A stretch of DNA of 63,517 nt, the filler included, from Lenisia limosa (taxonomy: Eukaryota > Protista > Breviatea): assembly GCA_001655205.1 (NCBI GenBank). It is 7 parts of 7 records of this genome, joined end to end, with 100 filler letters (N's around TTAATTAATTAA, not from the genome) between each part and the next. Parts side by side here need not be neighbours in the genome. Positions count along the whole stretch, not along the records: positions 1 to 9,239 come from LPNZ01009656.1; positions 9,340 to 19,273 come from LPNZ01009801.1; 5 more parts are not named here. One strand, 5' to 3'. The notes below the pieces were generated by a model. The model saw only the letters and a program-made list of their open reading frames with translations. It ran no database searches and was not told the origin of the DNA. Positions 1 to 12,600 of this stretch are shown here, piece by piece (the first letter of the stretch is position 1; each line of letters begins with the position of its first letter). A program made the translations under genes and the position numbers.

Positions 1-89
1 CCGGAACGACGGACATGTAGGGCCATGAAAGGTCATGATCGGGTGGGTGGTGAGGTTACCCTAAATGACCCCCCTGGTGATGTCGATGT

Positions 90-197
90 TGAAGTCCGTG
101 GGAGTCCGGGGTCGGAATTTGGTAAGGGGCCGGCGCCTTCCTCGAGAAGATCACAGCGTGTTTGCCAGACTTGGAGTGAGTGTTCGAGAATTACCTA
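90..197 (-). mobile_element. Non-LTR retrotransposon C-terminal fragment
   Basis: The minus frame reads VILEHSLQVWQTRCDLLE. This matches the C-terminal ILEGAHDIWTTRC motif of the plus-strand element ending at 1723. Confidence 0.5.
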
Positions 198-420
198 TTA
201 TGTCCGTCGTTCCGGGCGACCTGTCGTACCTCACCTCCCTCCCACCACCTCACTAACCTCACCNNNNNNNNNNNNNNNNNNNNNNNNNNNNNNNNNNNNN
301 NNNNNNNNNNNNNNNNNNNNNNNNNNNNNNNNNNNNAGCCTCACCCATAACCACCCACCAACTTTACCTTTTACAACAATTGAATACCATCCCTATTACA
401 TTATTATGTGACAGGTAGAA

Positions 421-1723
421 CGGTTTGCACTCCAAGTGCCAAATCACCCGCCGCATCACCACAGAAGTGATCACCATCCCGCCGCCTCACTCAATCCGTT
501 TACCCGCTGCCCAGACCAATTGGCCCAGACTGCCCACCGCCCCGCTCCAGAAGAGATCACCCTCCCTCCAGTCCGACCCTACCATCTTGAGAGGCCTTAA
601 AAGCAACCGTACATTCCCTTCTATCAGACCAAATGACCACCATTGAAACCGCCTACGGCTCGACAGGTCAAATTTGCTTCACTCGCGGAACCCCTCAAGG
701 AGACTCCATGAGCCCGGTCCTCTTCGCCTTCGGACTCGACCCATATCGCCAAACTTCAATCTCTGGATGGCTACAAGTTCGCCCTTACTCCGGGCAGTAT
801 CAGAAAAGATACGTTGGCCACCATCAGTCCACTACTGTAGGAACACTGCGCGTTTTGCAGCTAACGGAACACTAACCATCACCGATCTACTACTCCCCAA
901 CCGTCCTTGCACGGCCAACCTGGAATATGTAAAGCACCCCGATAACATCGAATGGTGGGGAACTCGGGCGATCCTAACCCGGCTGAACGACGACGGGGCA
1001 GACTGTCGGAGTTCAGAGTACCAAAATGGCTCTTGCCTTACAGAGTGCGAAGCCTTTTTCATGGATCACTCCTCTGCCCGTTGGAACGGGCCAAACCTTG
1101 TTCCCCCAACCTTGACCACCTGAAGCACCGGCCAATGACCGAAGTCAACCGCCTCCCCCCTCCCTCAACTGACCCTAAAAATGACCTCAAACTCAGCATC
1201 TTCACCGATGGCTCAAAGATAGGGGGCGGGGGAATAGGCTACGGCATCTACATCCCTGCCTTCGAGCCCCGGCAACCATGGAGACCGCCCAAGGAGTGCC
1301 CAAGAATCATTTACATCGCTGAACTCATGGCTATCTTGCATGTCACAATGCTCATCCCCTCCCACCCCCTTACGGAGGTCAGCCGCAAAACAACTCTTTC
1401 CAAACTAGAAGCCACCCTTAAAAATGCAATTGATCCAAATATCAACCTGCACATCAATGATATTTCAAGAAATCAAAAATGGCCTTTTAGATCCCCCCCG
1501 CCAGCAAATGTTTTACATCCAAGCCACGATATTCCAAAATATCGATTACACATACATAGCTGCTGGCCTCATTCCAAAACTGACAAAAATTGATGGTTTT
1601 ATAGACATACTTAAAAATCCCTTACGAAACCAATCTCTTACAAACAAGATATCCCTAATTATCTTGGAAGGAGCACATGACATCTGGACAACCCGTTGTG
1701 CCAAAATTTATAAACGGAACTAA
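421..1723 (+). mobile_element. Decayed non-LTR (LINE) retrotransposon: RT fragment, RNase H and C-terminus, frameshifted
   Basis: RT motif TAYGSTGQICFTRGTPQGDSMSPVLF (633-750), RNase H motifs SIFTDGSK..GIGYGIYI and IYIAELMAI (about 1190-1340), and C-terminal HDIWTTRC (about 1680). The motifs are split across frames by stops and frameshifts, and no intact YADD is visible. Confidence 0.85.
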
Positions 1724-2074
1724 TCTCAGTCAAGGTCCCCCTTAAAATTTACACTGATTACATGAAAAGCCATAACATGCAATTTTAATGTTTGCTTTGC
1801 AAATATGGAGACACAAAAAACAATAAAAAATCCGTCCTCTTGTAAATTTGCAAGCATTGGCTAACAACAACAGCCGCTTTATCATAAATCTGGTAAAGAC
1901 CCTCTCTACCCTCCCCAATTCCGGGGGATTTAACAATTTCAAATAAATATTTCAATTTATTTTCAATATTTCCTGGTTCAACCAGCAGTATAATGAAGTC
2001 CATAACATGGATGTAAGTAAGCAAGGGGCTACCTCCTAACTACCCCTCTTACAATTTGCAAGTTAAAATCAGTA

Positions 2075-2470
2075 AGAGCAGCCCAACCAGCTCTCAAGCA
2101 GCCCTACAGGACTGTTTGTGTCGGAAAGCGTCAGCGGTAGATAGGATGTGGTCAATCCTCGAGGCGCTACGTGAGTGGTCCTTCTGGACTGGGCCGAAAT
2201 GTGTGAATGATGCGGAGTTTCTAAGGGCGGGGACGTCCAGAGCACCTGCCGTATAATGGGAACTTGGATGCGGTTTAGTTGTGGCTTATTCTGTCGTTGT
2301 TGAGAGGTCGCCCTGGATAATGAGTTCTTCTGCCCTTTGCTGGGCTTCGGCTATCTCGGCTATTAGGGATGTTGTAGCGGTCCTCTGGTCTTCTGCATTC
2401 AGTGATGGGGATAGGTATACGTTACATAGTCTGATGGGTAATCCTGTGTGGAGGAGAATCCGCAATGTGG
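2075..2470 (-). mobile_element. APE (apurinic endonuclease) domain fragment of a non-LTR retrotransposon
   Basis: Minus-strand translation gives IRLCNVYLSP, ELIIQGDL and SRIDHILS, the canonical LINE APE motifs, with internal stops. Confidence 0.75.
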
Positions 2471-2996
2471 CTTCAGACTTTTTGAAAGGACAAAAAATGT
2501 ATTTATCGAAAATGAAACATTTTGAAAGAAAATAAAATGTTTTTTCAAAGTTTCTATTGAAACTAGGATCATAGAGATCCAGCGGTAAATCGGTAAGCTA
2601 ACTACTTGAGGAAACTACTTGAATCACCATGTGTCGAGAAGAACGCCTCCTCCCTTGATGTCAAATGCTGCTCCGGATGCCTTCTGCGGAATTTATTAAG
2701 CCGTTTTCAGGCTGTCGTTGATGCAAAAGGCGGCCCAACCAAGTTTAATTTTCCAACATAGTCATTTTTCATGAGCAAAAAGTGAATTTTTTTCGTGTAT
2801 TTTTTATGCCCATCAAGATATTTACCCCCCGAAAATATTCCCAAACGTAAATTTCCAAAAAACGAGGTATATCAGCTACACAACGCCGTTTTTAGTTTCA
2901 AAAATGAATATAATAGGCTCTTAAATAGAAAAAAAAAAAACTTTATTCCAAACATTATTAGGTTGACTGTAATATAGTATGAGGCTTACTTCTCAT

Positions 2997-3957
2997 TTTA
3001 GGAGCTGAACAGTAATAAAATACCACTGTAAGAAAAGAAATGGTCCAAATATCCCCAAACAGGTCTCCATAGTTCCTTGCGGGTTGACGTTGATAACAAA
3101 GCGATCTACGATTCCATTATCAAAATTTTCATGAGCAAGCAATAACCATTTCCCTGAACCATAACTACACCACCCAGCACACCGGCGAAACTTCATAGCT
3201 CTGTATTCTAAGTGGTATAAACAACTTAGAGGAAACCGCCTTCAAAAAAGGAGCCAAGCCGCCAAAATATTTCACCGAAGCACACAAGGCAACTTCGCTT
3301 ATTTCATATTTACCATTATTTATTAATACTGCCNNNNNNNNNNNNNNNNNNNNNNNNNNNNNNNNNNNNNNNNNNNNNNNNNNNNNNNNNNNNNNNNNNN
3401 NNNNNNNNNNNNNNNNNNNNNNNNNNNNNNNNNNNNNNNNNNNNNNNNNNNNNNNNNNNNNNNCCTGGATGCCTGGATAGCCACGCGATACGCAAGTCAG
3501 TATGTGCTTGCGCAGTTTCAAAGAAGGAAAAAGAAGAAGGCAAGCACAGTCAGTAGAAATTTATATGGTACCCCTCCACAAAAAGTTTTTTTTCAAAAAT
3601 ATCCAAAGGTTCAAAGAACGTGTTAGCTAGTTGTGGTCCGCTCACGGTCTCCCTCCGCCAGCCCTCCGTGCTGCAACTTGGAGAATGACCAAACTCCGAC
3701 CTAAGTTTGTTTTGGGTGAACCATATTTGATTCTCTAACGCCCAGTAGACTGCGAAATGCTAATCCATTTTCGCCATTATCAACTTTTAAACATCCTTCG
3801 CGTGAAGATTACAACTCTGATGGTCTACCGAACGACCATCCTACCAAGCCATCCGTTCTCCGACTTGCGACGCACAGCAAATGTCCTGCATCACCAATTT
3901 CGACCCCAACTGCAGAGGAAATGAAGGCGAATAAGAAGCTTCCTCCTCACCCTCAAG
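2997..3957 (+). CDS. Multi-exon unknown coding region, either a separate gene or an N-terminal extension of the WD40 gene
   Basis: Exon-like frames with GT/AG boundaries: LHSSLRVDVDNKAIYDSIIKIFMS; HRRNFIALYSKWYKQLRGNR; LDAWIATRYASQYVLAQFQRRKKKK; KHPSREDYNSDG...MKANKKLPPHPQ. No family recognised. Confidence 0.35.
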
Positions 3958-4037
3958 GTAACAATCCCCCAATTAATAAAATAAACTCACCTTCTTGTTT
4001 TTATTCACATAATATTAAAACTATAAACATAAACAGG

Positions 4038-7000
4038 AGTTGAAATTTGGAAATTTGTTTTGGGTTCAAGTATCAGACCCAACAGCTATGTTTCACGCTG
4101 CAGGGCCATTAGCCCATGGGTCGATCGTGAAAATGACAAGGTCCGCACCCTCCACTCCACTAGGCAGTAGAGATGGCAAAAAGGACAAGCTTGCTCCATT
4201 TCCTTTACCCGAGGGTGGTGTACTGCCTCAAAATGAGCCGAAAAAGGTCCTATCTGAGACGGAGGAAATGTGAGCTTGGGGTTTTGGTGTTTGCTGGAAC
4301 GACGAATGGCTTTACTGTGTAACATCCTAGCTTTTGTGAAGAGTCTGGAATTAGTGTTTGTATAGCGTACAATATTGCTGAAACAGTGTACATTTCAAAC
4401 CTGCATCATCCTGACTTGGTGAGGGAGGGGGGGGGGTAACAAAACTGAGGTTGTTAGGCGAAACACGCTTACGCACTAGAATGCTTTGATTGCTCTTCGA
4501 ATGAAGGCCTTTCCAACAACAGTGGTCTTCAATACTCTGACATCATCACGCTCCTCAATTGAGATGGCTATTGGACTCTATAACGGTTGGGGCATGTCAT
4601 TAAATACTTTACTATTAAGCTAATCTTTCAAATATTCTCCTAAATTGAATTGCTAAAATTGTCATTTGGGAATCTTATGACTTCTTTATTCAAGATTAAA
4701 TGGAAAATGAATCCAAAGTACTTTCTAAATTGATTTGAGCAGGTGAAATAGTGTTGTTTGATCCCGTGCGGTCAAAATGTATCAACAAGTTCAACAGAAA
4801 AGTGGGATTGAAAAGAGGATGATGGTTGTTTGTATATGTATCATCTTTCAGAAAAGTGGGATTGAAAAGAGGATGATGGCTGTTTCTATGTATCATCTTT
4901 TTTTACTTTATGAAGGGACTTCATACATCTTCAACAGTGACAGTTTTACGATATCATCCTTCAATACCAAACCTATTATACGCAGGTTAGCGGGTTATCT
5001 GAGCGATGGTATTGATCGTGCTCTCATCTGATTTTTTTGTTACATTTTGTTACATGTGAACTATTATTTTCCACGCATTGACAAAACTTGACCTTGGATT
5101 TGGGTGCGTCTTGATTCGAGCTTACCTCTCAGGTTTTGGTGATGGAACTGTTCTCTTGATACAGACGGATTTAGAGGAGACCAAAGAAGCGGAAGAGGGG
5201 TAATCCGTTGCTATTCTGCCTTCTATTCTGACTTTTTAGGCTAAAATCATTGTGTCTCGGAAATAAACTCAAGCATGTTGCATTCTTTCAACCTAAGTCA
5301 AATAACGGAAAGTAGGGTCTCTCTGCCCATTGCTTTGCTGACAACGCAGAGCCGGTTTTGTTCATAGACCGGACAAGTCCCCTTGTATGATTTGGAACCT
5401 GCCTGCAGCTGTGACTGGTAAGTCACCAAGTGAATAATTGAGAGGTATTGAGCCCACTGGTTGGTTTTTTTACTGAATAATTATCATCACTCAATGGGAT
5501 TCATTGTTATAAGCAGTTGTTTTTAACTGAAAGAAACTTGTCAATGACCATCCAGACATTCAGATTGACCCGACGCATAGTCTCCTTTCAATAACGTGCG
5601 GTGATGGCCATCTCAGGTTTGTGGGCCTTCTATTGGACTTCACTCCAATCCGAAAACTTCCAGGGAAACAGTGATAATTGATAAATTGGGTACTCAATAG
5701 ATGGCTGTGTTGTTTTCCTTGAAGTTATCGGATTGGTGAAGTCCAACAGAAGGATCGTTTTCATTGTTGTCACTTGATAGAATATACGACAAAGCTACCG
5801 GGCTGCAGAAGAAGAGATTTTCAAGTTACTTTGGCGGGCTGAACTGTGTTGCATGGACTCCTGATGGACGCTATGTTTTGGTATGTGGATACCCCACTTT
5901 TGGATTGTGACATAATTAACTCCCAAGGCTGGCGGTGAGGATGATATGATACACGTGTGGGACTTCAAGAACTCTACCCTTCTCGCACGCTGCATTGGAC
6001 ACTATGCTTGGGTATGCCAATGTGTATTGTTTCTCTGTCAAAACCCCTGATGCCATGGCTGTTTTGACATTACAGGTGTCAAGCATTCACGTCTCCTCAA
6101 TATCGGCTGCGTCTCTTCACTTTGTTTCTGCTGGAGAGGTGACCAAATAGATTATCTATTTTTACTTTTCAGGATGGCCGCGTGTTCTTTTGGCGATACG
6201 ACTTTTCTGATACCTTGACCCCAACCCTTCCAAATCGACAGAAGCATATCTCCAAATTAGTACAGGCTGACGTGGTGGCAAATCTTCTAAAAAAGGTACC
6301 CTTTTTCGTATTCACTCTCTTAGAAGCCCGTTAAGCCTCCTTATGTTGAAGATGGAGTCACAGTATGCCCTTCAGCCCCCTTTGATTCAGGTTTAAACAT
6401 CGTAAGTCTATCAATGTCCCTTATATTCTCAAGAGGCCAACCACGAATATGATCCTTATCAAGTCCCCACTGTCCTATATGGAGTTCTTCGGAAGTCACG
6501 TGATAACAGCCTGCCACACTGGAGTGGTCGGGGTTTGGAGCTATACTTCTGTAGGCTGGATGGGCATTTCTCATGCAATCCCCAAGACTATCTACTCCTC
6601 ATTGATATTGAGTCAGGGCTCTTACACCTGCAGCAAAACTTTGGTGACCAATTAATTCGCCATCCGTCTGCCTATCTCTCCACGCCCAATGCTGCTCCCA
6701 CGCCCGCCATCACACCACTCATAACCAGCCAGCAACTGAACAATGACCGTTTGGAAAGGGAGGGATCTAAAACGGAGTCGTCAGAAAATTCGCGACCATG
6801 CAGTCCCCAAAACACTGACTTTGATTTGGATAATGGAAGCAACAATGAAACACTGCTGTTGAGTAGGCTACAAGCGCTGTCAGTCAAGACCAATGATGAT
6901 ACTGAGGCGCCGAAAGGTATTAATATCATTTGAGGTGTTGCAACTATTCAATTATGTCGATATTTTTTGAGAGTTTTGTCTTTTGAGACCAAAGTCTTAC

Positions 7001-7730
7001 GACCAAGGGTTGATTTTCCAGAACACGAACTTTGCTCAAGCTTGGCTCCAATGATACCCATAGTCAGTCCGAGCCCCGATGCCCCGAGAGAAAATGCTTT
7101 TCTTTTGAACGCCGAGTGTGAATGGCTGTTTTTCTTGGGGCTCTTGGATTAATAAGGACTAAAAAGACTTATATTGCTTGTGTCAATATGACATTTTTCA
7201 AAAACAGAAGCTCTTCTACTTTTTCTTATTCTCCAGGTCAGAAGTGTCACAGGACATCCCAAGGGAAGACAGTTCAGATGTGGGAGTTGGGAGTTTGAAT
7301 TGAATCAGATTTCCAAGTACATCTTCTTCTCAAACTAGAGATAAGCTGTAGTTGAGTTCTTTTAGACAGCCTCTACTGTGCCTGATTCAGAAATTGGCGT
7401 CCCCAGTATCAATGCTGTCCCTGATTCTGCCAAACATTCTCTGGCTCCTGTGAGCTTGAAAAAGGCTTACAAAAATTTCAAATTAAATGGCCTTCTCATT
7501 ATTTTCCTAGGAAACGGAAGTGTATGGAATCAGTCCTTCCTTTCTTGAAGTGGCAAGCCTTCATCCTCATAGGTTTGCAATTTGCTTGGTTACATGTTTG
7601 CTAATTGTGTTTACGCTTCTTTCTAAGTAAATTGATAGTAAGCAAAAGGTTCACATTTAGTTTTTAGGTCGCCCTCGCCATTTGAGCCTGATCTACCTGA
7701 GGAAAGCAATGTTGATGTACGCCACTCATG
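4038..7730 (+). CDS. WDR20: WDR20/DMWD/CreC-family WD40-repeat protein (multi-exon)
   Basis: Spliced exons give AYNIAETVYI, PTTVVFN..MAIGLYNG|EIVLFDP, GFGDGTVLL, FSSYFGGLNCVAWTPDGRYVL|AGGEDDMIHVWDF..ARCIGHYAW|VSSI and FVSAGE|DGRVFFW. These parallel WDR20 [30 protein letters not shown]. Both ends are approximate. Confidence 0.8.
4790..4898. repeat. About 53-bp tandem duplication just after a WD40 exon
   Basis: cagaaaagtgggattgaaaagaggatgatgg...tatcatcttt occurs twice in tandem. Confidence 0.85.
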
Positions 7731-8169
7731 ACCCACTCATGACCTTATAGCTTCATGTGTCTCCAGTCAAAACCCCTTTGTTTTCTTTATCTCCTTCTTT
7801 GAACAACCTTGAGGTTGAAATGTAACTAGAGTTTTGTAACCCCGTTTGTATTTTCTAAATTTTGCCTGGTATGATAGTTTTTCTGATGTAATTATATATG
7901 AACGATCAATAAGGATGACATTCGCAAGTATTCGAAAGAGAAAAAAAAAACATGGCCAAATTGTATTGTTTGTGCCTATCAAGCAACCATTTCTAAATAG
8001 ATGAAACATGTATCAAAAAAAAAAAAATTAACGCACTAAACATTGGGATCGTAAAGGACCTCAATATCGTCATCTGAATTCACTGTAAAGTCTGGCATTT
8101 CCTGGGGGTGGGGGTAAGCGGAATGTGTACCCCCCCCCCCCAGAAATGGGCATAAACAAAACAAGTTTG

Positions 8170-8690
8170 GCTCACCTGCAGCTCTCGAGAGTAGCCAGCA
8201 CTTTTCTTTCGTTTTATTCGGAAAAACACAAACAAACCAACACTACAACGTTAATGGGATTATTACATTAAAGTCTGATAGGCCATCACTAAGTATACGA
8301 CATGACATACCTTGCTGCGACAACACCACCCACAGCCGAACCTGCCGCTATGGCTGTCCCTTTAGACATTCCCAGTACTACAGGAGTTAGGTAATATAGT
8401 TGGAAACAAAGATCAGGCCAACAAATTGCGGAAACCATTGGGTGGGGGGGCTTACTTTTGGCGCAGGAAGACCCATCCCCTCCACATACACCGCAGGAGT
8501 CTTTCTCCATTATGATGGTGCAGTTTGAGGCTACAGGGAGCGGTAAGTAGGACGGAACAGAAAAAAAAGGGTTATTCCCACCTTGGTCCATGCAAGGGTC
8601 GTCACAGACACAGATGTTGTCATCACTCCGTACTCCCATGTCATTGCAGCATGAACGACCGAACCTATGATGTTACAGCAGTAATTCTCG
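8170..8690 (-). CDS. Cys-rich, probably single-pass membrane protein (partial)
   Basis: Exons SCCNDMGVRSDDNICVCDDPCMDQ, SNCTIIMEKDSCGVCGGDGSSCAK (DxCGVCGGDGSSC motif) and LGMSKGTAIAAGSAVGGVVAA (TM-like), with GT/AG ends. Confidence 0.55.
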
Positions 8691-9239
8691 TATCCTTGTA
8701 AAAAGGAGAGCCTCCTTCGTTAAAACCGCAAACATGATTAAAACCGCGAACAAAAATGAGGTTTTTCTTTCTTGGACACTTTCGCCCACAACTCTCATTT
8801 TAAAAGAGTTTCATACCAGGGGTATCCACAAACATACATAGTACTACCTTCTTAGCACCTCATTATTTCTTTCAAATACATCAAAAGATACGGGACTAAG
8901 ATCGCTCGTGTGGAAACGCAAAGACGTTCTCCTATCAATAATTCTACCACCACTTTGGGGGGAATTGTCGCGCATAGAGTGAGAAAAATAAAGAAAATGA
9001 TTTTTTAAAAAAATAGCGTACAATTCTCAAAAAAAAGTGAGAATGTGTAAAGAAGATCAAGCCAATTCGACTCTCACCTTCTGTGTCTTTTCAAAACGAT
9101 AAATGCCTACTGATGTAGCATATACTGAGCTGACATAAATATCTTCTCAACAGTATTTTCTCCAAAAATGGACTTCAGATTTGAATTCTCCTTAAAAATC
9201 TCCGTTTCTACATGAAAATGCTATCATTTGAGGATCTTT

Positions 9240-9339
9240 NNNNNNNNNNNNNNNNNNNNNNNNNNNNNNNNNNNNNNNNNNNNTTAATTAATTAANNNNN
9301 NNNNNNNNNNNNNNNNNNNNNNNNNNNNNNNNNNNNNNN
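9240..9339. other. Artificial scaffold spacer (N44-TTAATTAATTAA-N44); the same 12-mer recurs at 19318, 35720, 43146, 54835 and 58178
   Basis: An identical 12-mer with stops in all six frames, centred in a 100-nt N block, six times in the window. Confidence 0.97.
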
Positions 9340-9590
9340 GTAGGACCTACATATGGAAATGGTGTAGGACCTACATATGGAAATGGTGAAGGACCTACAC
9401 ATGGAAATGGTGTAGGACCTACATATGGAAATGGTGTAGGACCTACATATGGAAATGGTGTAGGACCTACATATGGAAATGGTGAAGGACCTACATATGG
9501 AAATGGTGTAGGACCTACATATGGAAATGGTGTAGGACCTACATATGGAAATGGTGAAGGACCTACATATGGAAATGGTGTAGGACACAT
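9340..9590. repeat. 24-bp minisatellite (GTAGGACCTACATATGGAAATGGT), 10 full units plus a partial unit, truncated by the spacer
   Basis: Directly visible. GAAGG variants occur at units 3, 7 and 10. It lies downstream of the donor at about 9668 (minus strand), so it is probably intronic. Confidence 0.95.
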
Positions 9591-9668
9591 GTATTTGTAA
9601 GGCTCATGTAATATGGGTAATAATGTGGAGTAACCCCCTCAAATGCACCCTCCCCCAACTTGAGTGGG

Positions 9669-12600
9669 CACTTAGAGCGAGCGTATAGCCTCGAAGGCTC
9701 TCAGCCAAACTGCACATGTGTTCCCTTTGTTCCGGTAGAACCTGGGAGAGCGCGGATTGATGGATGGATTGAAGCTCCTGCAGGGGGTTAACGCTTGAAT
9801 GGGTTCCTCTGGGATGATAGCAGTTTTATAAACAATTGATGAACAAAAGAGCAATTCTCATGTTAACATTTGAATGATAAATTTTCATACAAATATAAAT
9901 TCCTCAAAAGTACGGGAAATAAAACAAAAGAAAAAGAGAAAGCTCACATCAATGGGTTTGAAGGGTGAAGAGTCGTGCAGGAGGGGCTGNNNNNNNNNNN
10001 NNNNNNNNNNNNNNNNNNNNNNNNNNNNNNNNNNNNNNNNNNNNNNNNNNNNNNNNNNNNNNNNNNNNNATATTAACAGATATACTATGTATGATACGAT
10101 TTGAATGAATATGATATCATATGCACACATTGGTGTCTCACCCAGCCTACAAAATGGTGATGTCGAGTAGTTGGGCCGAGAAAGTCGCAACAGCTCCACG
10201 CCACTCATCAATCACCTCCTTAAAGTGCTGGGAACTGCTGCTGTTGGCTGCATCCAAGGCTCGTAGGAGGAACTGACAGGAGACGTCAGCAAGCTGTGTG
10301 GAGGACGGCAGGGTTATGCCAGGGTTGCCGGTCCTGAGAGAATTAGTTTAACGCATCCAATGAGTACACCAAAATGTCGGAAGCTGGAAACCCAGAATCA
10401 TTTCCTCCATCAAAGCGGGTTGAATTGGCTTCTCCCAGATTAGGGCTTCACTTCAGTTCAAAAATAAAAAAAGATAAATCCTCGAAAACTGTCGATATTA
10501 TACCAGTATTTTTGGAACTCAAGTGAATCCCTATCCCGGATACACCCCCCACATATCAAGGCCCTGCACAAGGGCTTCGAGGGACGCAATTCCCCTCAAC
10601 AAGGCGTCGGTGGACTGGAGAACAGTGGAGTACACTACGGCCCATGCCGACTCCTCTGAAGGGGCCGACATGCCGAACTGGGAGGGGGGTGAGGGAAGAA
10701 AAACTCATGCAATATTAATCCTGTATTATACATACATATGATATCAACAATGTAGCAGTATCATCCATAAATGGTTGTTCCGAAGAAGAAGTTACCCCCC
10801 TCACAGCCATTCTAAACGCAGTGACACTGGAGAGACAAAGGGGGTCCTTGCTTCCCTTCACTTCCTTGAGCCCTTCTGAGTCATTAGAATGGAAGGGATT
10901 ATTACACACGTTGATGTTGCTATCTTGCATCCCCTCCTTGCTATCCACAAACAAAATAACACTAATGCCTTGTACCCCCCACGTATGATGGTGAAGTCTT
11001 CGTGTCCCATTGGAGTGTTTGAGAGTTGTTCAGCTATTGACAGGGCCGCGTTGATGCGGTCAAAGAACTCGGCGCTACAGGCGTTAGACTTGTTGAGCTT
11101 TTGAGGCAGATGGTAGAAACAAAATAGAGGCAAAAGATGATTGAGAAAAAAATGATAGAGGCAAGCTAAGCGACAGAAGGTCAAGTATGATGCCCTTGAG
11201 TCAAATACTGATATCCGAATGGTACTGGTACAAGTCGTCTGTACTTTCCAGAAAGAAAGAACTGTTTACAATTCGTTAACACTTTAAGCAATCCAGTTGG
11301 TAAAGGCTTACCAGGAATGGATAGCCAGGGGTAACGCTCCGGTCTGAATGCCAGAAGCTTGGAAACATGCTTGTGCCATTGACACGGATTGTAGCAAACG
11401 GCCTAATGTGGTAATGGATCATAGGGGGTGATACTGAGAGGCTGATTTTGGTCTAACGCTGGGCGCGCAGGGTGATTGTAAGGTGGATTAAAAAAAAGGG
11501 TAAAAGGAGAGCATTATTATGTATAACCTATAACCTACCCAGTTCAGCAATACTAGAATTGCTTTGGGGTCGACTCAAGCCAGCAAGTAAGTCCAGAACG
11601 GCTGTAGAGCCTACTTGGGGGAGCTGCCAGGCGGTAAATTTTATGAAACCAAATCCCCTCAAAATCAAATTTATTAGACTGGGACTATTAGGTTATCTGA
11701 ACTCTTTATTGTAGTCTGCTGAGATAGATAGAATGAAATCCCAACTCCCCCCCCCCAGGCCCACCATTCGTCCCGTCACGGGGTGGTTGCTGAAACTGAC
11801 AATGGAGGATTCGAAGTGCTGATGGGCTGTCACCACAGCCGAATGAGTACGTTCGCACCTGAGGGGATGAGGAGTTGTATCAGCATATATGGTCGGAATA
11901 GGGGATGCAAATTAATAAACCAAATCCGCCAAGAGTTCAACTCCATTTTCAAAACACAGCATGGCACACGAGAGCTTGGCTTAATATTTCAAAGAACAAT
12001 GTGTATATTAATATGATATACCCTGAGCCCACTTTGCCTGTGCGAGATGCACCTTTTGATCCAATGGCGCAACCTGAATCGTCAAAGCCCGTGCGCTCAT
12101 TCAAATCAGAATACTCAAGTCACAAAACAATGACACTTACGAGGGTTTAAAGAGCATTGTATGACATTGGTAAATTACCCCACTTGAGAATGGAAACCCT
12201 CGAAAGCAACAGGCCGCTGGTCTAAGGGGGTATTTAACTCTGAAAGCTTCGTTCGAACGTCCGTCAAATCCCGAGTTGCTTTGTCGGTAATTAGGTCTGG
12301 GGAGGGGGGAGGTTAGATGGATACGATATCGTTAACTCGCAAAACTATGACACAACGCAACATCTTTCGCCCCCACTTTTGGCTATATCCCTCAGGGTGC
12401 GCAGACGGCCAAGTTCCGAGTCCATTTCAGGGTCATTTGAACTGGAAAATGAGAGGACCACACATTGCAGTAACTACGGGTATATTATATGGGGGGAGCA
12501 CAAAGGAAAAAAATGCCCAATATTATATGGGGGGAGCTGTGAAGAAATAATTGATTTTTTTTTTTGAAGTATTAATATAGAAATAAGGTTGATCTAGCTA

